The notes: a model not told the origin generated them from the sequence alone. Numbered from the stretch's first letter, positions 17,244-25,666 are shown. The stretch: DNA of 64,000 bases from Candidatus Cloacimonadota bacterium (GCA_029561955.1 JAKQWO010000036.1:27814-91813), one strand, 5' to 3'. Program-made: numbers and translations.

Positions 17244-18119
17244 CTAAGACTGCCACTCGCCCCTGATCGCCTCCGCCAAAATCGCATGCCTCACACCCTT
17301 TTCACAAGCGGAAAAGCTGTCTAAATGCAGAATCTCCATCACTTCCATGATCAACAGCCCACCGGCGATGATGATGTCCGCTCTGCCGGGGTCCAAGCCC
17401 TGAATCTTTTTCCGCTCTGACAAAGGCTTTGCCTTGAGAAAATCGAAAAGCCCCAGCAGTTCCTCTTTGTTCAGAGTGATTTTCCCGCTGATGCTGGCCA
17501 GGTTTCTCGCTGTGCCGCCGATGACGATGAGGGCTGAGCTCTCCACACCTCTGATGTTTTGCTCTAACAACCCACGGATGTAGCTTCTCATCGCTTCAAG
17601 CGAGCTTTCAGAAGGTGGATCGTTGTCGATAAACCTATCCGTGAGCAGCACCGCACCCAAAGGTAGACTGCAGTTGTATCCCGGCTCATCTGAACCAAAT
17701 GCCAATTCCGCCGAACCGCCTCCCACATCCAAGACAGCTTTAGCACCAGCCATCACACTCTCTGCACTGGCAGCTTTGAAGGCCAGACAAGCCTCCTGCT
17801 CACTGGACAGCACGCCCATTCGCAGACCGGTTTCCTCTCTCACCCTCCCCCTAAAAGCCTCAGCATTATTCGCCATGCGCAAGGTCATCGCTCCCACGCA
17901 GATAATCTCCTGTGGCTCAAAAGGCCTGACCTCCGCCAAAGTTCGCTTAATCTGCTCAATCGCCTGAGTCGCCACCTGATCCGAGATGCCGCCCGTGGTA
18001 TGCAGATCCGAACCCAACCTCAAAGGCAGCGCTCCATCCAAAACTATGCCCTCATCCGAACCCACCACATATTTGTAGGTATTGGTGCCCAGCTCCAAGA
18101 CAGCGACCATCTTACTCAT
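17244..18119 (-). CDS. Ppx/GppA-family phosphatase
   Basis: 'VAVLELGTNTYKYVV' and 'LDVGGGSAEL'. Start set at ATG 18119, which forms an ATGA overlap with the upstream chrA stop. Confidence 0.8.
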   Translation of the reverse strand: MSKMVAVLELGTNTYKYVVGSDEGIVLDGALPLRLGSDLHTTGGISDQVATQAIEQIKRTLAEVRPFEPQEIICVGAMTLRMANNAEAFRGRVREETGLRMGVLSSEQEACLAFKAASAESVMAGAKAVLDVGGGSAELAFGSDEPGYNCSLPLGAVLLTDRFIDNDPPSESSLEAMRSYIRGLLEQNIRGVESSALIVIGGTARNLASISGKITLNKEELLGLFDFLKAKPLSERKKIQGLDPGRADIIIAGGLLIMEVMEILHLDSFSACEKGVRHAILAEAIRGEWQS

Positions 18120-18628
18120 CCGAACACCATGCCAAAAGCAGCTACACCTAACAGCATATAGATGGGATTCACCTTCCAACGCCAGATGATCAGGAAACAG
18201 ACCACAAACACCCCCACGGAAAACAGATCAGGGAAAGCGCTTTTGCCGATCAAGACCATGGCCGCTGCGATCAGCCCCACACTGAGCAGCCTCAGGCTTT
18301 TAAAAAGATTCTTAAACCACTCTTTTTGCTGCAGTTTGATGTAGGTGTGCGTGAGGATCAACATCAGGCACAGAGGCGCCAAAATCACGCCGAAGGTGCA
18401 GAGCACCGACCCCAAGATGCCATGAGTCTTAAAACCGATAAAGGTAGCCGCATTGATGGCGATCGGCCCCGGCGTCATCTGCGAAATAGCCACGACATCG
18501 GTAAACTCGCTCGCCGTCAGCCAGCCATGCTTGACTACGATCTCCTGCTGCAACATCGCCAAGATTGCATATCCGCCTCCAAAGCTAAACAACCCCACTT
18601 TTACAAAGGTGAGAAACATGGTTAGCAT
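18116..18628 (-). CDS. chrA: Chromate transporter family protein (half-size)
   Basis: 'FSFGGGYAILAMLQQEIV' plus multiple TM segments. Confidence 0.8.
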   Translation of the reverse strand: MLTMFLTFVKVGLFSFGGGYAILAMLQQEIVVKHGWLTASEFTDVVAISQMTPGPIAINAATFIGFKTHGILGSVLCTFGVILAPLCLMLILTHTYIKLQQKEWFKNLFKSLRLLSVGLIAAAMVLIGKSAFPDLFSVGVFVVCFLIIWRWKVNPIYMLLGVAAFGMVFG

Positions 18629-19173
18629 CAGTTCTTCCCTCGCTTCTCTTTAATCTGGCTGATGATCAGCGTCAAAGCGATGCAGATGATGATCACATAC
18701 ATGGGACTGATACCGATAAAAGCGACTGAAACCAACGCCAAGAGCGGAATCCAGAAATTGCGCCAGTTCAAGCCCACTTTCTGACTGATCTGGATCAAAG
18801 GCCAGGCGATCAGCGAAACTACCGCTGGCTCCAAAGCATGAAAAGCCTTGCGTACCAAGGGTTCCTGAGCATAACGTGTGAACAAACTGGCGATGATAAT
18901 GATGCTGGTAAAAGAGGGCAAAACCGAACCCAGCACAGAAACCAGCATGCCGGGAATGCCTTTGATGCGGTAGCCCACGTAGATACTCATGTTGATGGCG
19001 ATGGGCCCGGGCGAACTCTGCGCCGCAGCCACGCCATCAAGAAAATCCATATCTGTAAGCCACTTATGCTTTTCCACCACCTCACGTCTCATAATCGGGA
19101 TCATGGCGATGCCACCACCCAGGGTAAAAGCTCCTATCTTTAGGAAGCTGATAAACAACTGCCACAAAATCAT
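18628..19173 (-). CDS. chrA: Chromate transporter family protein (half-size)
   Basis: 'FTLGGGIAMIPIMRREVV' plus multiple TM segments. 1-nt overlap with its partner. Confidence 0.8.
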   Translation of the reverse strand: MILWQLFISFLKIGAFTLGGGIAMIPIMRREVVEKHKWLTDMDFLDGVAAAQSSPGPIAINMSIYVGYRIKGIPGMLVSVLGSVLPSFTSIIIIASLFTRYAQEPLVRKAFHALEPAVVSLIAWPLIQISQKVGLNWRNFWIPLLALVSVAFIGISPMYVIIICIALTLIISQIKEKRGKN

Positions 19174-19176
19174 ATG

Positions 19177-20241
19177 TTATATATCCTTATGTTGTTTGAC
19201 CAATTCCATCAGCGCCTCTACCAAATGCTCTTCCGCCACCTTTTTGATGATCTCGCCTTTGGCAAAGAGCAAGCCCTCGCCATCTCCGCCCGCAATGCCA
19301 AAATCCGCTTCCCTCGCCTCACCGGGGCCATTCACCGCACAGCCCATCACGGCCACGGTGAGATTCTTGTCCCGATAGGGAGCCAGCGCTTTTTCCACCT
19401 TGTCCACCAGCTCAAACAGCCGGATCTTGGTACGTCCGCAGGTGGGACAAGAGATGATATTCAAGCCCTGACGCAACTGCAAACCCTTGAGTATCTCTTG
19501 CGCCACCTTCACTTCCTGCACCGGGTCTGCCGAAAGCGAAACCCGCAACGTATCTCCAATCCCTTCATACAACAAGAGCGCCAGAGCCATGGAGCTCTTG
19601 ACGGTGCCAGAGAAGAGCGTGCCCGCCTCCGTGATGCCCAAATGCAAGGGGTAATCAACCTCAGAGGACAACAGCCTGTAAGACTCCACCATCAGTGGCA
19701 GATGCGAGGCTTTTACGGAGATTTTGATATTGCGGTAATCCAGCTCTTCCAGGATGCGCACGTGCCGCAAAGCCGCTTCCACCATGGAAAAAGCACACAC
19801 TCCATGCTCGGCAAGCAAATCCTGAGGCAGCGAGCCACTATTGACGCCGATGCGGATGGGAATATCCTGCTTGGCTGCGGCTTTCACCACCGCTTCCACA
19901 TTTTCCCGGCCGCCGATATTGCCGGGATTCAATCTCAGCCCATCCACATGGTTGTCCAAAGCGGCCAAAGCCAGCTTATAATCAAAATGAATGTCTGCCA
20001 CGATGGGCATGGACGTGCGTTCTTTGTAGATGCTCAGTGCTTTGGCGTCTTCGAGATTGGTGACGCTGAGCCGCACGATCTCACAGCCGGCCAGCTCCAA
20101 GTCCTTGAGCTGAGCCAGACAGGCTTTCACGTTCGAAGTGGGCACGCTGAGCATGCTCTGGATGGAAATGGGCGCACCACCACCGATGAGCAGCTTGCCC
20201 AGCTTGATTTGGCGGGTAGGTTTACGATTTTGAGTATTCAT
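19177..20241 (-). CDS. ispG: 4-hydroxy-3-methylbut-2-en-1-yl diphosphate synthase
   Basis: 'IKLGKLLIGGGAPISIQSM', 'CPTCGRT' and 'VMGCAVNGPGEA'. Confidence 0.95.
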   Translation of the reverse strand: MNTQNRKPTRQIKLGKLLIGGGAPISIQSMLSVPTSNVKACLAQLKDLELAGCEIVRLSVTNLEDAKALSIYKERTSMPIVADIHFDYKLALAALDNHVDGLRLNPGNIGGRENVEAVVKAAAKQDIPIRIGVNSGSLPQDLLAEHGVCAFSMVEAALRHVRILEELDYRNIKISVKASHLPLMVESYRLLSSEVDYPLHLGITEAGTLFSGTVKSSMALALLLYEGIGDTLRVSLSADPVQEVKVAQEILKGLQLRQGLNIISCPTCGRTKIRLFELVDKVEKALAPYRDKNLTVAVMGCAVNGPGEAREADFGIAGGDGEGLLFAKGEIIKKVAEEHLVEALMELVKQHKDI

Positions 20242-20306
20242 GTGCTCAAAAAGAATGAAAGGGGCTAATTTGTCAACATTGACGTTTTGTTTTCCGCGAA
20301 GAGGGC

Positions 20307-20497
20307 GGCGACTGCGTCGCCCAGTTGTTAGTTGCTAGTTGTTAGTTGTTAGCGGCTTCGCTGGTTTCGGGGATGCGCGTGCTTTTTGCTGAGATCCGTA
20401 CAGCTCTGAGGCTCCTTGTTTTTCCCACGAATTACACGAATTAACACGAATTGTATGATGAGAAAGTCCACAGATGCACACGGATTTTCACGGATGA
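20307..20497 (+). repeat. Left arm of a 191-bp inverted repeat
   Basis: It is the reverse complement of 24832-25022 with about 13 mismatches in my hand alignment. Contains the palindrome GGCGAC-TGC-GTCGCC, four heptads, and CACGGAT twice at the inner end. Confidence 0.9.
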
Positions 20498-20629
20498 CGA
20501 TGTTGGCGTAGGGTCGGTCGCCGGACCGACCAAGTTCAGAGGGATATAAACGTGCTGACGGCGTGTGTACGGGCGCTCGCTGAAGCGCCGCTTCCCAAGT
20601 CGTCAGTTGCCAGTCGTCAGTCGTCAGTC

Positions 20630-20768
20630 GCTGCGCTGGAGGTGTAGATACGGGTGTTTTTTGCTGGGATACGGATGGTTTTTGGGTGGGTGCGGATGGT
20701 TTTGTAGAGGGAGCGGATGGTTTTGGGGATGGTCGGTCCGGCGACCGACCCTACAGGAGCGCCCGTAC
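20630..20768 (+). repeat. R-family unit R1 (139 bp)
   Basis: GCTGCGCTGG..., three CGGATGG iterons starting at 20672, 20693 and 20714, then the palindrome GGTCGGTC-CGGC-GACCGACC and CTACAGGAGCGCCCGTAC. Confidence 0.9.
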
Positions 20769-20927
20769 GTGGCGAGTGCCGGTTACGTCTTCCTTGCTTA
20801 GCCGAGCGGTGATGCCGTGGCGATACTCGGGTTTTTCCCGAGTGGCTCCGAGTAATCACCGGGCGGCTAAGTAAGGGCGGGGGCAGCTTCGCTTCAGTTG
20901 TGAGTTGCGAGTAGTGAGTTGTGAGCC

Positions 20928-21048
20928 GCTGCGCTGGTTGTGTAAATACAGGTGTTTTTTGTAGAGGGGGTGCGGATGGTTTTGTAGAGGGAGCAGATGG
21001 TTTTGGGGATGGTCGGTCCGGCGACCGACCCTACAGGAGCGCCCGTAC
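20928..21048 (+). repeat. R-family unit R2 (121 bp)
   Basis: Same architecture as R1. Iterons start at 20973 and 20994, and the same palindrome is present. Confidence 0.9.
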
Positions 21049-21196
21049 ACCCCTCATCCGTGTAATTTGTGGCAAAACTCTCTAACTACGGTCTCAGTCA
21101 CCACTAAAAACACATCCATCTACATCGCTTGCGCAGCGACTGACGACTGACGACTGGCTACTGACGACTGGCGACGAAGTCGACCCTCATCCGTAT

Positions 21197-21234
21197 AAAA
21201 ACCAAAAACCCGCACATCCATACAGACATGCGGG
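21197..21234 (-). terminator. Intrinsic terminator candidate of the 1038-aa gene
   Basis: Minus strand: CCCGCA, 14-nt loop, TGCGGG, followed by TTTTTGGTTTTT. Lies 24 nt past the stop at 21258. Confidence 0.5.
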
Positions 21235-21257
21235 TCAGCATCATCTCTTTAGGAGTT

Positions 21258-24200
21258 TTAAGGTTTTTTCAAGGCTTTCTTAAGGTCACTGTTGTCAACG
21301 TAAACCACCCTGAAGAAGCGTCTGGCTTCTGTTGCGGGTATAGTATAACTATAGGTTTCAGATTCAGCTATGGGTTCAGGACCAAAGTTGTAAGGGTCTT
21401 CTGAAGCATAGATCATATATAGGCCGGGAGGGACGTCGGGGATAGGTTCCCAGGTTAGCACGATATCCGAGCCGGAGAGAGTTATTTGCACCACAGGTGC
21501 AGGGAGCAAGGTAACCACCTTGTCCGGACCGTATACATCATCGATCAGCAGATTGCCCTGCCCTGCGGAAATTGCTTGAATGACCAGATAGATATGCTGG
21601 CCGATATATGCTGACAAATCAAAGGAGTGTAACATATAATACTGGGCGTCAGCCTGTACATTGACAGCTAGGGTGTCGACAGTAGTCATGGAATGAACAC
21701 TTCCGGTGAAGACCAACACATTGAACATCGCTTCACGTTGAGTGCCGTAACTGCGTCCATAAAAGCTGAAGGTGTGGTTTAAATCTGATGGAGCCAGCTT
21801 GGGAGTGATCAGCCAGTCGTTATTGCCTACGGTGACAGCGTCAATCTGGGCATGCGCAACCCCGGTGTTTGACCATGTCTCGGAGCGGAACCAGGTGTTG
21901 CCGCCGCCTTCATTGATCAAAGTCCAGCCATAGGGCGGGAATGCATACCCTTCAAAGCTCTCAAAGAGCGCATTTGCACCCAAGGCTCTACCCTCCAGAG
22001 CTGCGTCATAGTTAATCCCATTATGAACCATACGCAAGGCAGCGGTATGTGCACCCTCTGTAGTGGGACAGTAACGCACCGGGATGATGCCGGTTTGGCG
22101 ATAAGTGAGAGCAAAAGGAAGATTGACAGGATCAAATTCAAACATCGCTGCATCATCTCCAATGATACTGATGTCGGCAGCACTCAAGTTCAGAGTTCCC
22201 ATACCATAATTGAACACAGTTAGATCCTGATACTCTGAGGCGGTATTGATTTGTAAGGTGCCGAGGTTCAGAGGGGTGGGGAAATAGGAAAGTATGGGCC
22301 CTGGAGGCGTTCGAGTCACCCAGAAGCTGTCGATGCTGAGATAGTGGGCATTGGCGATAATACCGTGAATGCCAATCCAATATATGCCATCGGCAGCAGG
22401 AGTGAAGCTGCCATAAATAAACTGATACCCACTGTTGACGACTCCGGTTTGGTCGACGATGATATTGTTCATGGCGTCAGGGGTTCCATCTGTTCCATAG
22501 TAGAAACCCACACTGGCATTTGATGCATTGAGTCCATCCTGTCTCGCCCATACTTCAACGGTGTAGGATTGTCCCGCCTGCAAAGAGAAGGGCCTCATCA
22601 ACCAAGCATTGCCGGTAGACCTCAAGATGGCATTGAAAGCTCCATTACGAGGGATGCAATTGAAGGATGTTTGGCTGGAATTGGCCATCCAATAATTAAC
22701 CGTACTACCTTCTGTATACTGCGTCCATTCCCGCACCGGAGTACCATCCGTTTGCCAATATTCAAATTCTTCACAGTAGGGTATGGAATAGATCACCGGA
22801 TCATAACATTCACCACTCACCACCAAATTTGCATTGTCAGTTTCAGCAGTTATGTTGAAGTTTGCCGAATGATTTCCGACAGCCGTGGGAGAATACACGA
22901 CACTCAAATACCAGCTTTGCCCAAATTCCAAAGCCATCGGGAAGTTGCGAGGTTCGTCCAATTCAAAGAATCCATCAGACCAGGGGCTGATACCCGTGAG
23001 GTTGAGTGTTCCACCTCCAGTGTTGATAACTCTGAAATTCATGCTTTCTACGCCATTGATCGGAATACGCCCAAAGTCCAAAGACGAAGGGTTGACCAAA
23101 AGTTCTGGCTCATCTGCTATTCCTATCATGATATTGGGACGGTTATAGCTACGAGTTCCTGTATTGACGGTATTCCAGGCAACAGAATCGCTACAGTAAT
23201 ACATGGCTCTATATTCGGAAGTGGTAGTGTAGTAGGTGCTGGCGTTTTGCGTGGCTGCTCCCTGCATGCTAAAGCTGGTTTGGATCACAATGTTGGAGGT
23301 TCCATCCCAGTAGAAGGGTGTAGCAAGCTGGTGGGTGTTCCATCCCTGTGTGGGAGTGATTCTTCTCCACAGTAATACACTGGTGAGATCGGTAAAGAAG
23401 TTGTTATCTGTAAATTCCGTGGCGTCAGTAGTTCCCATCCAAATGCTATAGAAGGGCAGGCTGCCACAGCCATTGGGGTTTGCCACATTGAATTTAATGG
23501 AACAGATCATCCCGGGTTGCACTCCTGCCGCAGTTAACTCGCTGGCTGTCACTATGTATTGTTCGCGGGCATTCCGCCGGTAGCCACCATATACAGCCGG
23601 ATATGAATGAGAATCATTGTATGTGGTTCCTCCGCCTATAGTCGCCCAACTGTCAGGGTGAAAGGTAACGAGAAAGTCGACTGACTGATTTTCGGTGCCT
23701 TGATAGTTGTAGCTCGCGGGTTTCCAAATAATATCGCCCAAAACCAGGCTATAAACACCACAGATTTCTTGAGTCTGACCTGTAAAGGTGTAGGGAGTGA
23801 CTTTGCCGGTGTCTTCACCATTCTTGTAAATGGCGGCACCGGGAATGTTTGAGTTTACAGTGAAGGAATAGGCGGCAACTGGAGCAGGAGGCACGATGAG
23901 CCAATTTGCCGAGCCGGTGTAGACAATCGCACTATGATCATAGGTCACCTCAATGGTCTTTTCTACATACTCATAATTAGGATAGGGGTGCACGCCACTA
24001 TGGATACCTGTATCATGGGTATGCCAGATCATGATCTTGAGGTGTTCGCCTAGAAACCACTGGTAGGGCCAAAGACTTTGATTGAACAGGGCTAAAACCA
24101 TATAACCATCACTTTCATTACCAACTTTACAAATCCTCATACTACTTGGAGGTGCACCTAAATCTGTGCCTCTTAACTCATTTGTTTCTACGTGAAGCAC

Positions 24201-24374
24201 CCTCATTATGTAGTGCTCACTGTCAGTATTACCTGTGTTGGTGACATAATCCACGATATCCATGGGACATTCAGGATCCAACTGCAGTCTTTGAATCACC
24301 CAACGAGACGGAGCCTGGGCAAAAGCCATGACTGCCAGCATTAGGAATACGAGTGTTAAAACAATCGTCTTCAT
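21258..24374 (-). CDS. Large secreted/surface protein, 1038 aa
   Basis: Signal peptide 'MKTIVLTLVFLMLAVMAFAQA', Ig-like beta-rich segments and a C-terminal FN3-like module. Shares an internal domain with the C25-PAD protein. Confidence 0.8.
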   Translation of the reverse strand: MKTIVLTLVFLMLAVMAFAQAPSRWVIQRLQLDPECPMDIVDYVTNTGNTDSEHYIMRVLHVETNELRGTDLGAPPSSMRICKVGNESDGYMVLALFNQSLWPYQWFLGEHLKIMIWHTHDTGIHSGVHPYPNYEYVEKTIEVTYDHSAIVYTGSANWLIVPPAPVAAYSFTVNSNIPGAAIYKNGEDTGKVTPYTFTGQTQEICGVYSLVLGDIIWKPASYNYQGTENQSVDFLVTFHPDSWATIGGGTTYNDSHSYPAVYGGYRRNAREQYIVTASELTAAGVQPGMICSIKFNVANPNGCGSLPFYSIWMGTTDATEFTDNNFFTDLTSVLLWRRITPTQGWNTHQLATPFYWDGTSNIVIQTSFSMQGAATQNASTYYTTTSEYRAMYYCSDSVAWNTVNTGTRSYNRPNIMIGIADEPELLVNPSSLDFGRIPINGVESMNFRVINTGGGTLNLTGISPWSDGFFELDEPRNFPMALEFGQSWYLSVVYSPTAVGNHSANFNITAETDNANLVVSGECYDPVIYSIPYCEEFEYWQTDGTPVREWTQYTEGSTVNYWMANSSQTSFNCIPRNGAFNAILRSTGNAWLMRPFSLQAGQSYTVEVWARQDGLNASNASVGFYYGTDGTPDAMNNIIVDQTGVVNSGYQFIYGSFTPAADGIYWIGIHGIIANAHYLSIDSFWVTRTPPGPILSYFPTPLNLGTLQINTASEYQDLTVFNYGMGTLNLSAADISIIGDDAAMFEFDPVNLPFALTYRQTGIIPVRYCPTTEGAHTAALRMVHNGINYDAALEGRALGANALFESFEGYAFPPYGWTLINEGGGNTWFRSETWSNTGVAHAQIDAVTVGNNDWLITPKLAPSDLNHTFSFYGRSYGTQREAMFNVLVFTGSVHSMTTVDTLAVNVQADAQYYMLHSFDLSAYIGQHIYLVIQAISAGQGNLLIDDVYGPDKVVTLLPAPVVQITLSGSDIVLTWEPIPDVPPGLYMIYASEDPYNFGPEPIAESETYSYTIPATEARRFFRVVYVDNSDLKKALKKP

Positions 24375-24483
24375 TGTGTTTCTCCTTTATAAATACAGTA
24401 TTGTGCGATAATTACCTGGTCATGATCCTATGTCCCTGCCAAGTGTACGAAAGCGGCAGAGGTCTACTTTGAGCTATGGGTAC

Positions 24484-24511
24484 AATATAATTGGGGTTTA
24501 AAAGTTGTCAA
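24484..24511 (-). promoter_or_regulatory. Sigma70-like promoter candidate of the 1038-aa gene
   Basis: Minus strand: TTGACA (24511-24506), 16-nt spacer, TATATT (24489-24484). Confidence 0.4.
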
Positions 24512-24706
24512 GATATATTTACCTACAAGTAGCACAAAATTACGTGAGTTATAATCTGACTGACGTTTGATGGCTGGAGAAGCAGATTATTCAGATATCA
24601 TCTGCCAGCCACCTTAATCGATCGGAACCGCATGCGTCCCTCTTTCGTGAACATTCGTTTCTCTGGTCGGTGCGGCTTTGCATTCGCAAGTCGTCAGTCG
24701 CCAGTC

Positions 24707-24826
24707 GCTGCGCTGGAGGTGTAAATACAGGTGATTTTTGGTGAGGGGTGCGGATGGTTTTGTAGAAGGAGCGGATGGTTTTGGGGATGGTCGGTCCGGC
24801 GACCGACCCTACAGGAGTACCCGTAC
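24707..24826 (+). repeat. R-family unit R3 (120 bp)
   Basis: Same architecture as R1 and R2. Iterons start at 24751 and 24772. The palindrome lies within 24789-24808. Confidence 0.9.
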
Positions 24827-24831
24827 ATCCC

Positions 24832-25022
24832 TCATCCGTGAAAATCTGTGTGCATCTGTGGACTCTCTCATCATACAATTCGTGTTAATTCGTGTAATTC
24901 GTGGGAAAAACAAGGAGCCTCAGAGCTATACGGATCTCGGCAAAAAGCACGCGCATCCAAGAAACCAGCGAAGCCGCTCACAACTCACAACTCACTACTC
25001 ACAACTGGGCGACACAGTCGCC
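24832..25022 (-). repeat. Right arm of the 191-bp inverted repeat
   Basis: Reverse complement of 20307-20497. Ends with GGCGAC-ACA-GTCGCC at 25008-25022. Confidence 0.9.
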
Positions 25023-25139
25023 CCCCATTCGTGGAAAAAACCCCTTCCATCCGTCTTGATTTACCTTGATGACCCGAAATTCCCGACTACCCTAAATCGG
25101 CTACTAGCCTCATTTTTAAGCTTTTCTTGAACTTTTCAC

Positions 25140-25166
25140 TTGACATAAAAGCTAACTTTATATCAT
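25140..25166 (+). promoter_or_regulatory. Weak promoter candidate for the HU/IHF gene
   Basis: TTGACA (25140-25145), 15-nt spacer, TATCAT (25161-25166). The spacer is short. Confidence 0.25.
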
Positions 25167-25233
25167 TGAATACTTTGATACCCGAATCGGAAAAACCAAC
25201 TAAAGATAAATGATTAAATCTAAGGAGATAACA

Positions 25234-25524
25234 ATGACAAAAGCAGATTTGGTAAAAAAAGTCGCGGAGGACACTGGCTACATTCGTAAGGATGTCGCCC
25301 TGATGATTGATGCCTTCTTGCAAGCAGTAAAGGACACCTTGGCCGAGGGTCACCACATCGAGATCCGTGGGTTTGGCACCTTTAAACTCAAAACACGTAA
25401 AGCCCGCATGGGTCGTAATCCCAAGACCAACGTCAAAGTACCGGTCGAAGCTCGCACCGTTCCCACCTTCAAGTTTTCACGTGAAATCAAGGACTTGGTG
25501 ACGGACATCGAGATTTCGGAATAA
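25234..25524 (+). CDS. HU/IHF-family DNA-binding protein
   Basis: 'IEIRGFGTFKLKTRKARMGRNPKTNVKVPVEARTVPTFKFS'. Start placed at ATG 25234, after AAGGAG. Confidence 0.9.
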   Translation: MTKADLVKKVAEDTGYIRKDVALMIDAFLQAVKDTLAEGHHIEIRGFGTFKLKTRKARMGRNPKTNVKVPVEARTVPTFKFSREIKDLVTDIEISE

Positions 25525-25536
25525 GGATCACCTCAA

Positions 25537-25626
25537 ATGCCTTGCGGAAAGAAACGTAAAAGACACAAAATTGCCACCCACAAGCGTAAAAAACGCCTTC
25601 GCAAAAACCGTCACAAGAAGAAATAA
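25537..25626 (+). CDS. 29-aa Lys/Arg-rich peptide, bS22 / mS38 (AURKAIP1-COX24)-like
   Basis: My own translation: MPCGKKRKRHKIATHKRKKRLRKNRHKKK followed by a stop. Too short for the ORF track. A terminator follows immediately. Confidence 0.6.
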   Translation: MPCGKKRKRHKIATHKRKKRLRKNRHKKK

Positions 25627-25639
25627 CGAATCCTTATGG

Positions 25640-25666
25640 AGCCCGCCTTTTGGTGGGCTTTTTTAT
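25640..25666 (+). terminator. Intrinsic terminator after the HU / small-peptide genes
   Basis: AGCCCGCC, TTTT loop, GGTGGGCT, followed by TTTTTTA. Confidence 0.75.

Noticed and set aside
19174-20268. 364-aa plus-strand ORF covering the whole ispG locus
   Set aside because: It is exactly antisense to a minus-strand ORF whose translation has clear IspG motifs. The plus-strand product is low-complexity, rich in H, R and Q, with no motif. It is an antisense open frame in a GC-rich gene.
20565-21050. CRISPR array or coding genes in the R1/R2 repeat region (ORFs 20565-20801, 20617-20859, 20686-20874, 20856-21050, 24591-24878, 24738-25130)
   Set aside because: The repeat units are 120-140 bp long, not 25-40 bp. 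There are only two adjacent copies, separated by one unequal spacer. The units contain internal sub-repeats and no cas genes are present. The ORFs are artefacts of the repeats, which give 'KTIR' and 'GADGF' periodic peptides.
20307-25022. Interpretation of the inverted-repeat-flanked segment as a phase-variable on/off promoter switch
   Set aside because: The promoter candidate (24484-24511) and the gene lie together inside the segment, so inversion would not uncouple them. No invertase is nearby. I kept it only as a possible cassette or rearrangement substrate (see findings).
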